NCBI GenBank assembly: GCA_965366815.1
Contig: CBDUGV010000004.1
Span: 1-58,523, forward strand
From: an uncultured Bdellovibrionales bacterium
GTDB lineage: Bacteria > Bdellovibrionota_C > UBA2361 > SZUA-149
Length of the DNA: 58,523 nt
Reading direction: 5' to 3'
The position numbers and the translations under genes are program-made. The notes under the pieces were generated by a model. That model was not told the origin of the DNA, did no database searches, and worked only from the letters and a program-made list of their open reading frames with translations. Below are positions 18,509-27,874 of this stretch, in pieces (position 1 is the stretch's first letter; each line of letters begins with the position of its first letter).

Positions 18509-19682
18509 GCTTCTCGCCCAATTGGGGCATAAGATTGGTCACGAAATTGGCAATCCGCTCACCTCGATAATTTCCCTCGCAACGATAATTGAGCGTTTCT
18601 CAGAACCGGGTTCTGACAAAAATCAGCAATACGCTCGCTCAATCATTAGCGAAGCTTGGAAGATCAGCAACCTCGTAGAGAAGTTTGTGCTGCTGTTTTC
18701 AGAACGAGCAGGAAACCAATCAATCTGTGCGCTTGATGAGGCGCTGCGACGGACCCTTAACAAACTCAAATCGCGCGGCGCCTACGATTTGGATGATATC
18801 ATTCTGCGCGTAGAAGATGAGGTCCCGCCCACCGCACATGTAGATCTCGATCAACTCTGCACTATTCTCGCCGAGTTGCTGGCAAATGCTTGTGACGCTA
18901 GTCAGTCTGGCTCGAGCGCGGCAGCATCGAACCCCGACGGAATTGAACTCACAGGTGACCCGATCATTGTCCGCTTGTATTCGGTAGGTAGCTGTAGTTG
19001 TGTCGAAGTAATCAACCCGATAAAGCAGCCGAGCTCGCATGAACTTGCTGAATTATTCCAACCCCTCGTAACCACTTCACCCACGCAAAAAAGTTTGGGA
19101 ATTGGTCTTTCCGTTGTGTCTAAGATCGCAAAGCGTTTTGGCGGCCTGAGTGAAATTGAGGAAGTACTCCTCGACGGAGATCGCCTTCATTTCGTTGCTC
19201 GTTTGGTACTTCCAGCTACTGAAACAGCATCGATCGGTGATTGGGACAGAGCCGAAGCCGACACCCGTCCCGAACTTCCGAAACAAAAGACAGAAGTGGC
19301 CTCGACCGGTATCCCGGAAGAGCTTCGCGTCTTAGTTGTTGAAGATCAACAGATGGTAGCAAGCGCTATTCGTAAAATCCTAGAGTTCGCTTTGAAGGAT
19401 CATTCGAAAGTAACCTGCGATTGTGTCACAGGAGTTGAAGCAGTCGAGATGATTTCAGATGGGGAGGCCTTCGACGTCATTTTATGTGATTTGAATCTCA
19501 ATTCGATGAGCGGCAAGAAGATCTACGAAATACTGTCGCGGGATCAACCCGAGCAACTCTCTCGTTTCGCGTATATGACCGGTGAGCTCCGCCCAGATAT
19601 CGACCAAGAGATTCCGTGCCTCAAGAAGCCGTTCGAGCCGGAAGAATTAATACGAATCGTCTTAGAATTGTTGCAGCGCTAG
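18438..19682 (+). CDS. Sensor-less HisKA-HATPase-REC hybrid with a degenerate ATP-binding domain
   Basis: H box HEIGNPLTSI near residue 36, N box ELLANACDA, G1 replaced by VINPIKQP, G2 SLGIGL, receiver VLVVED/ILCDL/LKKPF. Confidence 0.8.
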   Translation: MGEKMRSVRAARATFTGDAPELAKLLAQLGHKIGHEIGNPLTSIISLATIIERFSEPGSDKNQQYARSIISEAWKISNLVEKFVLLFSERAGNQSICALDEALRRTLNKLKSRGAYDLDDIILRVEDEVPPTAHVDLDQLCTILAELLANACDASQSGSSAAASNPDGIELTGDPIIVRLYSVGSCSCVEVINPIKQPSSHELAELFQPLVTTSPTQKSLGIGLSVVSKIAKRFGGLSEIEEVLLDGDRLHFVARLVLPATETASIGDWDRAEADTRPELPKQKTEVASTGIPEELRVLVVEDQQMVASAIRKILEFALKDHSKVTCDCVTGVEAVEMISDGEAFDVILCDLNLNSMSGKKIYEILSRDQPEQLSRFAYMTGELRPDIDQEIPCLKKPFEPEELIRIVLELLQR

Positions 19683-19702
19683 ACCATAAAAGACAAATAT
19701 CA

Positions 19703-20221
19703 ATGGCACTATTAGATATAGTTTTATACCCCGACCCTTGTCTACGTGAGATGTGCGAACCAGTGGAACAAGTAACCGACGAGATACGAAAGTTACTCGA
19801 TGATATGGCCGACACGATGTATGACGCTCCGGGAATTGGACTCGCCGGACCGCAAGTGGGAGTAAACTATCGCGTGCTTGTCGTCGATGTTGGCGAGGAT
19901 CCACCGGCTGGACATGAGAGTAGTTTGTTTAAACTAATCAATCCAGAAATTGTTGAAGAGACCGGCAAAACAGACTCAGAGGAAGGCTGCCTGAGTATTC
20001 CAGACATACGTGAAACTATAAAACGCGCAGAAACGGTTGTGGTTCGAGCACTGAATGAGCGTGGTGAAGAAGTGACAATCGAGGCAGACGGTATGTTGGC
20101 GATTTGCTTACAGCATGAAATCGATCACCTCAACGGCGTTCTCTTCATCGACCACCTGAGTAAGTTAAAGCTGCGTCTCATTAAATCGAAACTCAATAAA
20201 CTAGTTGCTGCCCAGCGATGA
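19703..20221 (+). CDS. def: Peptide deformylase
   Basis: GIGLAGPQVG, EGCLSIP, QHEIDHLNG. Start ATG 19703. Confidence 0.97.
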   Translation: MALLDIVLYPDPCLREMCEPVEQVTDEIRKLLDDMADTMYDAPGIGLAGPQVGVNYRVLVVDVGEDPPAGHESSLFKLINPEIVEETGKTDSEEGCLSIPDIRETIKRAETVVVRALNERGEEVTIEADGMLAICLQHEIDHLNGVLFIDHLSKLKLRLIKSKLNKLVAAQR

Positions 20222-21249
20222 GCGATACACCACCTCAACGTAAGCCGCGGATTGTGTTCTTCGGCACTCCTGTGTTTGCGGTTACCGTGTTGGAAGAAAT
20301 ACGTGCTACTGATGCCTATGACATCGTTGGTGTCGTGACGGAAACAGACAAACCAGCTGGTCGAGGTCAAAAACTCAGACCTCCCGCAGTCAAGGAATAT
20401 GCACTTGCTCATGCAATCCCAGTGCTACAACCCGAGTCGCTGCGGGGACTCTCGCGTGTTGAGGATGCTGACCCTCCACAACTGGTAAGTCGTGATCCAC
20501 GATCGGAAGGACTCGCCACATTTTTGAATCAGCACGCTCCGATTGATATTTTTGTAATCGTTGCCTACGGGAAGATTATCCCACGCGTGCTTCTCAACTT
20601 CCCACCGTTTGGAATGATTAATGTGCACGGCTCGCTCCTCCCACGCTGGCGCGGGGCTGCCCCTATTCATCGAGCGCTGTTTGCCGGTGACACCCACACC
20701 GGTGTGTGCGTCATGCAAACTGCATATGAACTCGATACAGGCCCTGTCTATCTAAGTGAAGAACTACCGATTACCGAACGAGATACGTTTGGTTCACTTC
20801 ACGATGCGATGGCCGTGCTCGGTGGAAAGGCGATATGTAAGGCGTTGCCAGGTATTCTCGACAGCTCATTGCCCGCGGTACCACAGTCGGAAGAAGGAAT
20901 CACCTACGCCGAAAAGTGGCAAAAAGAAGATTTACTCATTCGCTGGGAAGAGCCCGCCGAACAAACGCTTCGCCGCATTAGGACCTGCGCCCCAACTCCT
21001 GGTGCGCGAACGAACAAAGATGGCACCTTGGTCAAGATATTTGCGGCCCATCTGCAAGCAGATCAAAACTTTCCAAAAGCTGAACCGGGGACGGTAGTTG
21101 AAACTAATCACCAAGAGCTTATTGTCGCCGCTGGTACTTCTCAGTATATTAGTGTTGACGAATTGCAGATCGCTGGAAAAACAAGAATGCCAGTCGCTGA
21201 AGTACTCCGCGGCAATGCGATTAAAGTAGGAGATCGATTCACATCGTGA
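20218..21249 (+). CDS. fmt: Methionyl-tRNA formyltransferase
   Basis: IVFFGTPVFA, DKPAGRGQKL, INVHGSLLPRWRGAAPI, LDTGPV; overlaps the def stop. Confidence 0.96.
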   Translation: MSDTPPQRKPRIVFFGTPVFAVTVLEEIRATDAYDIVGVVTETDKPAGRGQKLRPPAVKEYALAHAIPVLQPESLRGLSRVEDADPPQLVSRDPRSEGLATFLNQHAPIDIFVIVAYGKIIPRVLLNFPPFGMINVHGSLLPRWRGAAPIHRALFAGDTHTGVCVMQTAYELDTGPVYLSEELPITERDTFGSLHDAMAVLGGKAICKALPGILDSSLPAVPQSEEGITYAEKWQKEDLLIRWEEPAEQTLRRIRTCAPTPGARTNKDGTLVKIFAAHLQADQNFPKAEPGTVVETNHQELIVAAGTSQYISVDELQIAGKTRMPVAEVLRGNAIKVGDRFTS

Positions 21250-21914
21250 CGAACAGTAACTCAAATATCCTTATTGCTCCTTCCATCTTGGCTGCTAATT
21301 TCGGAGCGATCGATGAAGAGGTAAAAAACGCCGTAGCAGCGGGCGCTGATTGGCTTCATCTCGACGTTATGGACGGACACTTTGTTCCAACTATCACCTT
21401 TGGCCCGGCGCTTGTTGAGGCGATTAACAAAACCTGTGACATCCCCCTTGATGTGCACCTGATGATAGAAAAACCAGAACGACATCTAGAAAGTTTTGCC
21501 AAGGCTGGAGCTGACGTGCTGACTGTTCATCTGGAGACTTGTCCGCATATTCACCGCACCGTGCAACAAATAAAACAACTCGGGTGCAAGGCGGGTGTCG
21601 CGCTCAATCCCGGCACTCCAGTTGCCGCTTTACACGACATCATTGAAGATCTTGACCTGGTATTGATAATGACGGTCAACCCAGGCTGGGGCGGCCAAGC
21701 GTTTATCCCACGCTCTGAGCAGCGCATACGAGAAGCCTCCGAGTTGATTCGTGCGAGCGGAAAAACAATTCATCTTGAAGTCGATGGCGGCGTCAGCGAA
21801 AAGACAGCTCCGATTGTAAAAAATGCCGGAGCAAATGTTCTCGTTGCGGGAACCTCAGTCTTTCGCCAAACAGAATACGCAAAGGCAATCCAAACGCTAC
21901 GAGACGTCACCTAG
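21246..21914 (+). CDS. rpe: Ribulose-phosphate 3-epimerase
   Basis: IAPSIL, HLDVMDGHFVPTITFG, DVHLMI, MTVNPGWGGQ, EVDGG. Confidence 0.97.
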   Translation: MTNSNSNILIAPSILAANFGAIDEEVKNAVAAGADWLHLDVMDGHFVPTITFGPALVEAINKTCDIPLDVHLMIEKPERHLESFAKAGADVLTVHLETCPHIHRTVQQIKQLGCKAGVALNPGTPVAALHDIIEDLDLVLIMTVNPGWGGQAFIPRSEQRIREASELIRASGKTIHLEVDGGVSEKTAPIVKNAGANVLVAGTSVFRQTEYAKAIQTLRDVT

Positions 21915-21960
21915 TGGTTGGCTTCGCCCTTTCGAATCGAGTAGCCGATGCAAGAACACT

Positions 21961-22593
21961 ATGAATAACTTCTTTGCACTCCACATTCTGAGCTTTTTTA
22001 TTGGAGCAATTCCAATTGGCTTTCTCATAGCTCATCGCAAAGGGGTCAACATTAAATCCGAGGGGAGTGGAAACACCGGGGCAACTAATGTTGCTCGCGT
22101 TGTTGGGAAATCAGCCGGCGTCATTACTTTGGTAGGCGACATGCTCAAAGGAGTGCTTGGCGTCTGCGTCGTGTTTCTTGCCTCACAAGATACAAGCCTC
22201 AGCTACGCTCGCTTTGCCGAACTGGGCGCAAGCTTTGGTTTCCTTGCCATACTTGGACATTGTTTTTCGCCATTTCTCGGATTTCGAGGAGGCAAAGGAG
22301 TCGCCACAAGCTTAGGTGTCTACCTGGCGCTGGCCCCACTACAATCGCTGACAGCGGTAGCCGTGTTTGCGATCGTGGTTAAAATGACGAGATTTGTTTC
22401 ACTAGGTTCAATCAGCGCCGCGCTCGCAATGCCATTGCTCCTTTGGATAAGCGGAACAACACCAATGCTACAATTGATGACAGTACTGACTGGATTGTTG
22501 ATTGGGCTCAGACATAGCGGCAACTTGCAGCGTCTGGCTGAAGGAACGGAGCCGATGTTCAGGGATTCGAAATCAAAGACCGAGCCGGCCTGA
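21961..22593 (+). CDS. plsY: Glycerol-3-phosphate acyltransferase PlsY
   Basis: GSGNTGATNVAR, DMLKG, GHCFSPFLGFRGGKGVAT, RHSGNLQRL. Start ATG 21961. Confidence 0.95.
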   Translation: MNNFFALHILSFFIGAIPIGFLIAHRKGVNIKSEGSGNTGATNVARVVGKSAGVITLVGDMLKGVLGVCVVFLASQDTSLSYARFAELGASFGFLAILGHCFSPFLGFRGGKGVATSLGVYLALAPLQSLTAVAVFAIVVKMTRFVSLGSISAALAMPLLLWISGTTPMLQLMTVLTGLLIGLRHSGNLQRLAEGTEPMFRDSKSKTEPA

Positions 22594-22630
22594 AGCCGGT
22601 TTCAGGTAGACCAGTCTGAGATAAACCAGC

Positions 22631-22837
22631 CTACGCTTTCTCAAGTCCGTTTGGAATAAAGTGCGAAGTCGTACCGTTATCCCATAACACAGTGACAGTA
22701 ATACCTGGCAGCTCAGCTTTTTGCTTGATCGATTTCCGAACAGTTTCCACTCGAACTTTCTGAACAGTACCTCTCGGACCGTCAGACCCGCTCTGTTTAA
22801 CTCTATCTCCAGTGGAAAAAGGCAACTCTACACTCAT
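22631..22837 (-). CDS. Small SH3-like protein, YodC/DUF2158-like
   Basis: FSTGDRVKQSGSDGP.GTV...VTVLW.NG...F.P..LEK pattern. Confidence 0.5.
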   Translation of the reverse strand: MSVELPFSTGDRVKQSGSDGPRGTVQKVRVETVRKSIKQKAELPGITVTVLWDNGTTSHFIPNGLEKA

Positions 22838-22981
22838 TATTTTAACCCTTTCTTGATCTAACGGGCATCAACTCTATTGCTGAGCCGTCTGCATGATTGT
22901 AGCCTAATGCATGGCACCGAGCATTACAACCAGACATTGCTGCTCTCAAGCGTTTGAACCCCATGGAATCTTTAGTTCACA

Positions 22982-23596
22982 ATGGAAAAAGCAAGAGCAA
23001 CACAAGTAAATGATTCGCCAATTGCGCTAAGGATTCGCCTCTTTGCGCGAATTGCCACAATTGGCATGATGATCGTTGCTTGTATTTCCGCTATTTTCGG
23101 AAGGGTACTCTACGACGCCTATACGAGCCTGTTTGGCTGGCTTCCGATAGTTGGGACAATCGGCGTGACCTTCGTTTTTGGCTCATTGGTAGCGGCTCAC
23201 CGCAAATCGAACCCGACCCCAAGCAACTGGAAGAGCAAGGACCTCATAAGACCAATTCTGCTGACGATTGCTGCAGTAATTATTTGCGTGTTTCTCTCCG
23301 AGTCACTCATTGTGCATGGAACTGAACGAATTCATTTCTTCAAGTATGGCCTGCTTTGCCTATTTTCCTTTTATAGTCAGGCCCGAACTGGAGTCTATCA
23401 GCGACTCATTATTGCCACCCTCTTTGCCGCAGGTGTAGGAGCCTGCGAGGAAGGCATCCAAAGCTTTGTTCCCCATCGAGTAAGCGAAATGCGCGACGTT
23501 GGTCTCAACGCCGCTGGGGCTGGATTTGGAATGATGTTTAGCTGGCTTAGCATTCAGTGGCAAAAAATTGGCCAATCAGGCTCAATTTCTCAATAA
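22982..23596 (+). CDS. VanZ family membrane protein
   Basis: IHFFKYGLL, EEGIQSFVPHRVSEMRDVGLNAAG. Confidence 0.85.
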   Translation: MEKARATQVNDSPIALRIRLFARIATIGMMIVACISAIFGRVLYDAYTSLFGWLPIVGTIGVTFVFGSLVAAHRKSNPTPSNWKSKDLIRPILLTIAAVIICVFLSESLIVHGTERIHFFKYGLLCLFSFYSQARTGVYQRLIIATLFAAGVGACEEGIQSFVPHRVSEMRDVGLNAAGAGFGMMFSWLSIQWQKIGQSGSISQ

Positions 23597-23608
23597 AGGA
23601 AGGCTGCA

Positions 23609-24430
23609 CTATTCACCGAGCATTAGTCGCACCGCATTCGGCATTTGCTCGACTTCCCTGTTTCCCAAGCCCACTCCTTGAGCTACCAGTTTTTTATACG
23701 CCGGCATCCCTCCCCACTCTGAGACCACTGCGGCAAGGCAGGCAGCACCGGTTGGAGTCAGAGCCTCATGCCCAATAGCTTTACCGCTCGTAGGTATTCC
23801 GTACGTCTTGAGAATTTCGACCACCGCTGGGGGCGGCACACCCAAACAACCATGTGCAGTGTCAACCGTTCCCTCGCCCGTGGTAACTGCCGAAGCGACT
23901 ACCCTATCGACATTGAGTGCCTTCCAGGCCACAGCAAACCCGGCTATATCCATGATCGAATCAAAGGCACCCACTTCATGAAAATGGACCTTATCTATAG
24001 TGGTCCCATGAACCTTGGCCTCAGCCTTTGCTAATATGTTGAAAATCTCTTTCGCCAGCTCGAAGCTATCAGCTCCGAAGACACCCTGTTCTACTTGAGC
24101 TTCGAGCAGCCCGAGAATGTCTTTTAAATGGCGGCCATGGCCGTGCGAATGGGCATGGTGACCCTTCTCACTCTCGTGATGATGAAAATCGTCCGCATGA
24201 GTATTGCCTACGAAGAAATCGACTTTCAGACCTTGAAGCCCACCGCGCATACCGTCGCGAATCTCAACTCGAGCGTCTGTTTCCAAGCTGAGCAGTCCCG
24301 ATATTTTTTCCCTCCAGGGCTGACAATCAGTCGCATCCCAAGAGACTTCTCGTAAAACATCCAGTGTTGCAGCGAGCAACATATCTCCGGCGGCGCCGGC
24401 ACTGCAGTCGAAATAAGCTATTCTCGCCAT
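23609..24430 (-). CDS. larC: LarC family nickel-insertion protein, N-terminal domain only
   Basis: AYFDCSAGAAGDMLLAA, His-rich HHHESEKGHHAHSHGHGRHL, VHFHEVGAFDSIMDI, TPTGAA; ends at NAVRLMLGE (273 aa). Confidence 0.85.
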   Translation of the reverse strand: MARIAYFDCSAGAAGDMLLAATLDVLREVSWDATDCQPWREKISGLLSLETDARVEIRDGMRGGLQGLKVDFFVGNTHADDFHHHESEKGHHAHSHGHGRHLKDILGLLEAQVEQGVFGADSFELAKEIFNILAKAEAKVHGTTIDKVHFHEVGAFDSIMDIAGFAVAWKALNVDRVVASAVTTGEGTVDTAHGCLGVPPPAVVEILKTYGIPTSGKAIGHEALTPTGAACLAAVVSEWGGMPAYKKLVAQGVGLGNREVEQMPNAVRLMLGE

Positions 24431-24692
24431 CTCTCTTTTATCTCCCCAAGACGTAAGGACCTGTAATCATTACCATTCACACAGATAGCTACTGGAATCG
24501 CTGTTCTCGAAGTCTAAAGCTTCCGCAATGCAATGCCGATTTAAATACTAGTAGGTTTAGTAGCATAACTATATTTTTCGTTTTCTTGAAACTGCACACC
24601 CGGTTGGGACCATCAGAACTAGTGAAGGGAATGTTATTCCCGTTAAGGAAGAGGGTTCCTAGAGGTTAATTTGGTATTGGGGGTGTCTCAAG

Positions 24693-25967
24693 GTGATTGG
24701 AAAAAACGATAAACTCACACGCAGTTCTATGCTTCAATGTTCGTTTTGCGGAAAGTCTCAGGATGATGTTCGAAAGCTCGTAGCGGGGCCGAACGTGTAT
24801 ATTTGTGACGAATGTGTAGACCTTTGTAACGACATCCTCAGTGAGGAACTCGTCGAGCAGAAGGCCAATCACTTCGCAAATGATCTCCCAACTCCGGTTG
24901 AAATCCACGAATATCTGGACAAGTATGTAATCGGACAAACGCAGGCCAAAAAAGTTCTCTCGGTCGCTGTTCACAACCATTACAAACGGATCAACACACT
25001 CGAAGCAGTTCGTAGCGCTGAAGACATTGAGCTTCAGAAGTCGAATATTCTTCTGCTCGGCCCAACGGGCTGCGGAAAGACGCTTCTCGCACAGACGCTC
25101 GCTCGTATGCTCGACGTTCCATTTTGCATCGCTGATGCGACCAACCTTACAGAGGCTGGATATGTCGGAGAAGATGTTGAGAATATAATTCTCAGCTTGC
25201 TCCAATCCGCGGACTACGACGTAGAACGCGCAGAACGCGGTATCGTCTATATCGATGAAATCGATAAAATTTCGCGAAAGCAGGATAGTCCATCAGTTAC
25301 CCGGGACGTATCAGGTGAAGGCGTGCAACAAGCACTATTGAAACTGGTTGAGGGAACAGTTGCAAGTGTTCCTCCAAAGGGTGGACGCAAGCATCCGCAA
25401 CAAGAAATGCTTCAGTTGGACACTACCAATATCCTGTTCATTTGTGGCGGTGCGTTTGACGGCCTCGAAGGGGTTATCAAGCGACGCATGGGTAAATCGA
25501 AAATCGGCTTCGGTCAACAAGAGGATAAAATTGTCGAAATGAAGGAGCAGCGTGCCGCTGACCTTCATGCGGTCGAGCCAAAAGATTTGCTGAGCTACGG
25601 GCTTATCCCTGAATTCATCGGACGTCTGCCCATAATCGCAACGCTCGAAGAACTCAATGAGGAAGACTTAGTTCGAGTCTTAACTGAACCACAGAACGCT
25701 TTGATTAAACAGTATCAACAGCTATTCCAAATAAGCAACGTCATCTTACGCTTCACCGAGGGGGCAATGACAGAAATTGCCAAAAAAGCCCGCGTGAAGA
25801 AAACAGGTGCTCGAGGACTTCGATCGATTATTGAAAACGCAATGCTCGATACGATGTATGAAGTACCAAGTAAGCAAGACGTGAAGGAAGTTGTTGTTTC
25901 GGAGAAAGTGATTACCCAAGGCGAACAGCCAATGATCGTTTTTGAAAACGCGGTTCAACAAGGGTAA
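24693..25967 (+). CDS. clpX: ATP-dependent Clp protease ATP-binding subunit ClpX
   Basis: CSFC...CDEC zinc site, [25 protein letters not shown] loop, GARGLR. Confidence 0.98.
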   Translation: MIGKNDKLTRSSMLQCSFCGKSQDDVRKLVAGPNVYICDECVDLCNDILSEELVEQKANHFANDLPTPVEIHEYLDKYVIGQTQAKKVLSVAVHNHYKRINTLEAVRSAEDIELQKSNILLLGPTGCGKTLLAQTLARMLDVPFCIADATNLTEAGYVGEDVENIILSLLQSADYDVERAERGIVYIDEIDKISRKQDSPSVTRDVSGEGVQQALLKLVEGTVASVPPKGGRKHPQQEMLQLDTTNILFICGGAFDGLEGVIKRRMGKSKIGFGQQEDKIVEMKEQRAADLHAVEPKDLLSYGLIPEFIGRLPIIATLEELNEEDLVRVLTEPQNALIKQYQQLFQISNVILRFTEGAMTEIAKKARVKKTGARGLRSIIENAMLDTMYEVPSKQDVKEVVVSEKVITQGEQPMIVFENAVQQG

Positions 25968-26034
25968 CCGTTTCTAGAGCCAACTGCGAAGCCCGGGGTC
26001 AACCCGAGAGAGAGCGCAGGCGGCTCAAACGGTT
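25966..26034 (+). other. Long interrupted RNA hairpin immediately 3' of clpX
   Basis: Nested pairs aaccgttt/aaacggtt, gagcc/ggctc, ctgcg/cgcag, cggg/cccg with a gtcaa loop. Confidence 0.55.
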
Positions 26035-26126
26035 TCAATACCGATTGCAAAGGAAGCTACTTGAAAAATAACGCATTAGTTTGCAAAACAGTTTTAGAAA
26101 ACCGCCGTTTCGCTACCGGCACCGGG

Positions 26127-26171
26127 AAAAAGGTAGGCCTACGTAAGTAGTGCCTGCCTTTTTTCTTTTTT
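26127..26171. terminator. Bidirectional intrinsic terminator between clpX and the convergent gene
   Basis: aaaaaggtaggc-ctac-GTAA-gtag-t-gcctgcctttttt; GNRA loop; A tract before and T tract after. Confidence 0.8.
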
Positions 26172-26191
26172 GAGATTGATCGTGCTCGCGA

Positions 26192-27595
26192 TTAGCGAAT
26201 CTGAATCTTCTTACCACCAAATTCCATACTGTCAATGTAGCGAGGACCCGGAGTATATCGAACGCTGGTGCCTCTCATAACATAGTCAGTCGGCGCCTTT
26301 CGGGCATACACATTGAAGTGGCCTGAGAAAGTTTTCGTCTCAACTTTTTGCTTCTGCGTCTTAGGATCTAACACGGGCGCACCGGTCGTTGCGTCAACCA
26401 TCGGTTTTGTTGCGGTTACCTCAAAGGGTATGCCATATCCGGTGCTCGTGTGAATCGGGGCCTGTCCCGCAACAATATTCCCTCGCGTTGACTCAAACGG
26501 TTGGAGTGATTGAACGGAAAAACCCTGTGGCAGGAGAGGGGTCAGCGTTGCCGCGAGATCGACCTGTTTCATCACCGGATCGTAGCTTTGCCCATTGGCC
26601 CTCCGCCCCACCTGGACGCTTATCACGTTAGGCAGAACTTGATTGGAGGAATCGCGGGCTTCAGTAATCCGAGGAGTTGTCCCATCAAACTTAGCTAACA
26701 CTACATTCTGTGCATGCCTATCGGGTCTTTGCCGAGTTCCCAGCGCAGTGTACCCATGAATATCACCATTGAGCCCGTTCACTAGAACTGCAACTCGAGC
26801 GGTCCTATCCGCGGTCGGCTTAGCTCGATCATATGGATAGGTTGCGGTAATCGCGAACCGACCATGCACCCCATCGCGCGAGTTTTCAGGATCGTCGGGC
26901 TTGGAAAACTTTCGTCCAGTCCCTGAGTCCGGCACAAAAGCAAAGGTCGGAGTCCCAGGAAGTCTGTTATGTGGCCCAACATGTATTTCATCTGGCAAAC
27001 CTGAAGGCTGCGAGTTGGAGGACGAATTTATCCGCAACACTCGAAGCACTCGTCCTGTCGGGTTCGCAGAGGTAGGATCACCGGCCTTCTTCTCACGAAC
27101 CAACAAAACGGTATCGTAATAGGTACCCGGCTTCCCTTCGTTCACTTTATCGATGATATCTTTGGCATGACTTACCAGCGCGCGCTCTTCATCGGTCGCC
27201 AAGGAATTCAAATCAAATGTTTTAATGTTCGCAAAGGCGACATCTACCGCGAGGTGTTGCTTCTCGTATTGATCAGTGCTGATCCCCGCAACAGTCTTGC
27301 TGTCCAACGCTGGAGGAAACACTCCAGTGCCTTGACCCGCCGGAGCAGTTGTCCCTTGCTGTTGCGTAGTTTGTGGAACCTGTACTTGCACAAACTGATA
27401 CTGCGGTTCATTGAGTTGACGACCTGGCCCTTGTTCGGTTCCGGAGCCGAGAGATTCCAACCCCAGTGATTCATATTCCGGAAGTTTGAAATCCATTGAC
27501 TCCAAATCGATAGTAGTCGATTCGGATGCTGTTTCGAGCTGATCGCGAAGATCACTTGGTTGAAGTGCTCGCTGGTCCTGCTTTACTAGTGTCAT
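26192..27595 (-). CDS. Hypothetical protein (acidic, Gln/Thr-rich N-terminus, beta-rich C-terminus)
   Basis: Long ORF. ATG 27595 follows a GAGGTGAGGAG RBS (ORF track starts at 27613). No recognisable motif. Confidence 0.75.
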   Translation of the reverse strand: MTLVKQDQRALQPSDLRDQLETASESTTIDLESMDFKLPEYESLGLESLGSGTEQGPGRQLNEPQYQFVQVQVPQTTQQQGTTAPAGQGTGVFPPALDSKTVAGISTDQYEKQHLAVDVAFANIKTFDLNSLATDEERALVSHAKDIIDKVNEGKPGTYYDTVLLVREKKAGDPTSANPTGRVLRVLRINSSSNSQPSGLPDEIHVGPHNRLPGTPTFAFVPDSGTGRKFSKPDDPENSRDGVHGRFAITATYPYDRAKPTADRTARVAVLVNGLNGDIHGYTALGTRQRPDRHAQNVVLAKFDGTTPRITEARDSSNQVLPNVISVQVGRRANGQSYDPVMKQVDLAATLTPLLPQGFSVQSLQPFESTRGNIVAGQAPIHTSTGYGIPFEVTATKPMVDATTGAPVLDPKTQKQKVETKTFSGHFNVYARKAPTDYVMRGTSVRYTPGPRYIDSMEFGGKKIQIR

Positions 27596-27874
27596 CTTAA
27601 TTCTACTCCTCACCTCTCGTCGGCTACTCCACAGGTGGAATAGCTAGCCATATTGCTTGTTCTAGAGCTTTCCTGGTTGAGTTATGCTGAATTACCACTA
27701 ATGTGTTGCCCACAAAGTTGAGTGAGTCCCAATCCTAAATCGCTGTAAATACAGCAAGTTCCGAAATACCCGGGTTTCAGTATTGAGCACGGTCCTTGAT
27801 TGAAGCGCATAACACTCCCTATACTGGCCTCTGTTCAGTATTCAGAGACACGGAACAATCTAGCGACGAGACAT

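Noticed and set aside
23560-23615. Programmed frameshift from larC into a larC2 domain
   Set aside because: The convergent vanZ-like gene occupies the downstream sequence; no LarC C-terminal motif is visible.
24585-24615. RpoH-type promoter for clpX (cttgaaa-N16-gaccatca)
   Set aside because: The -35 matches but the -10 is too weak to support a call.
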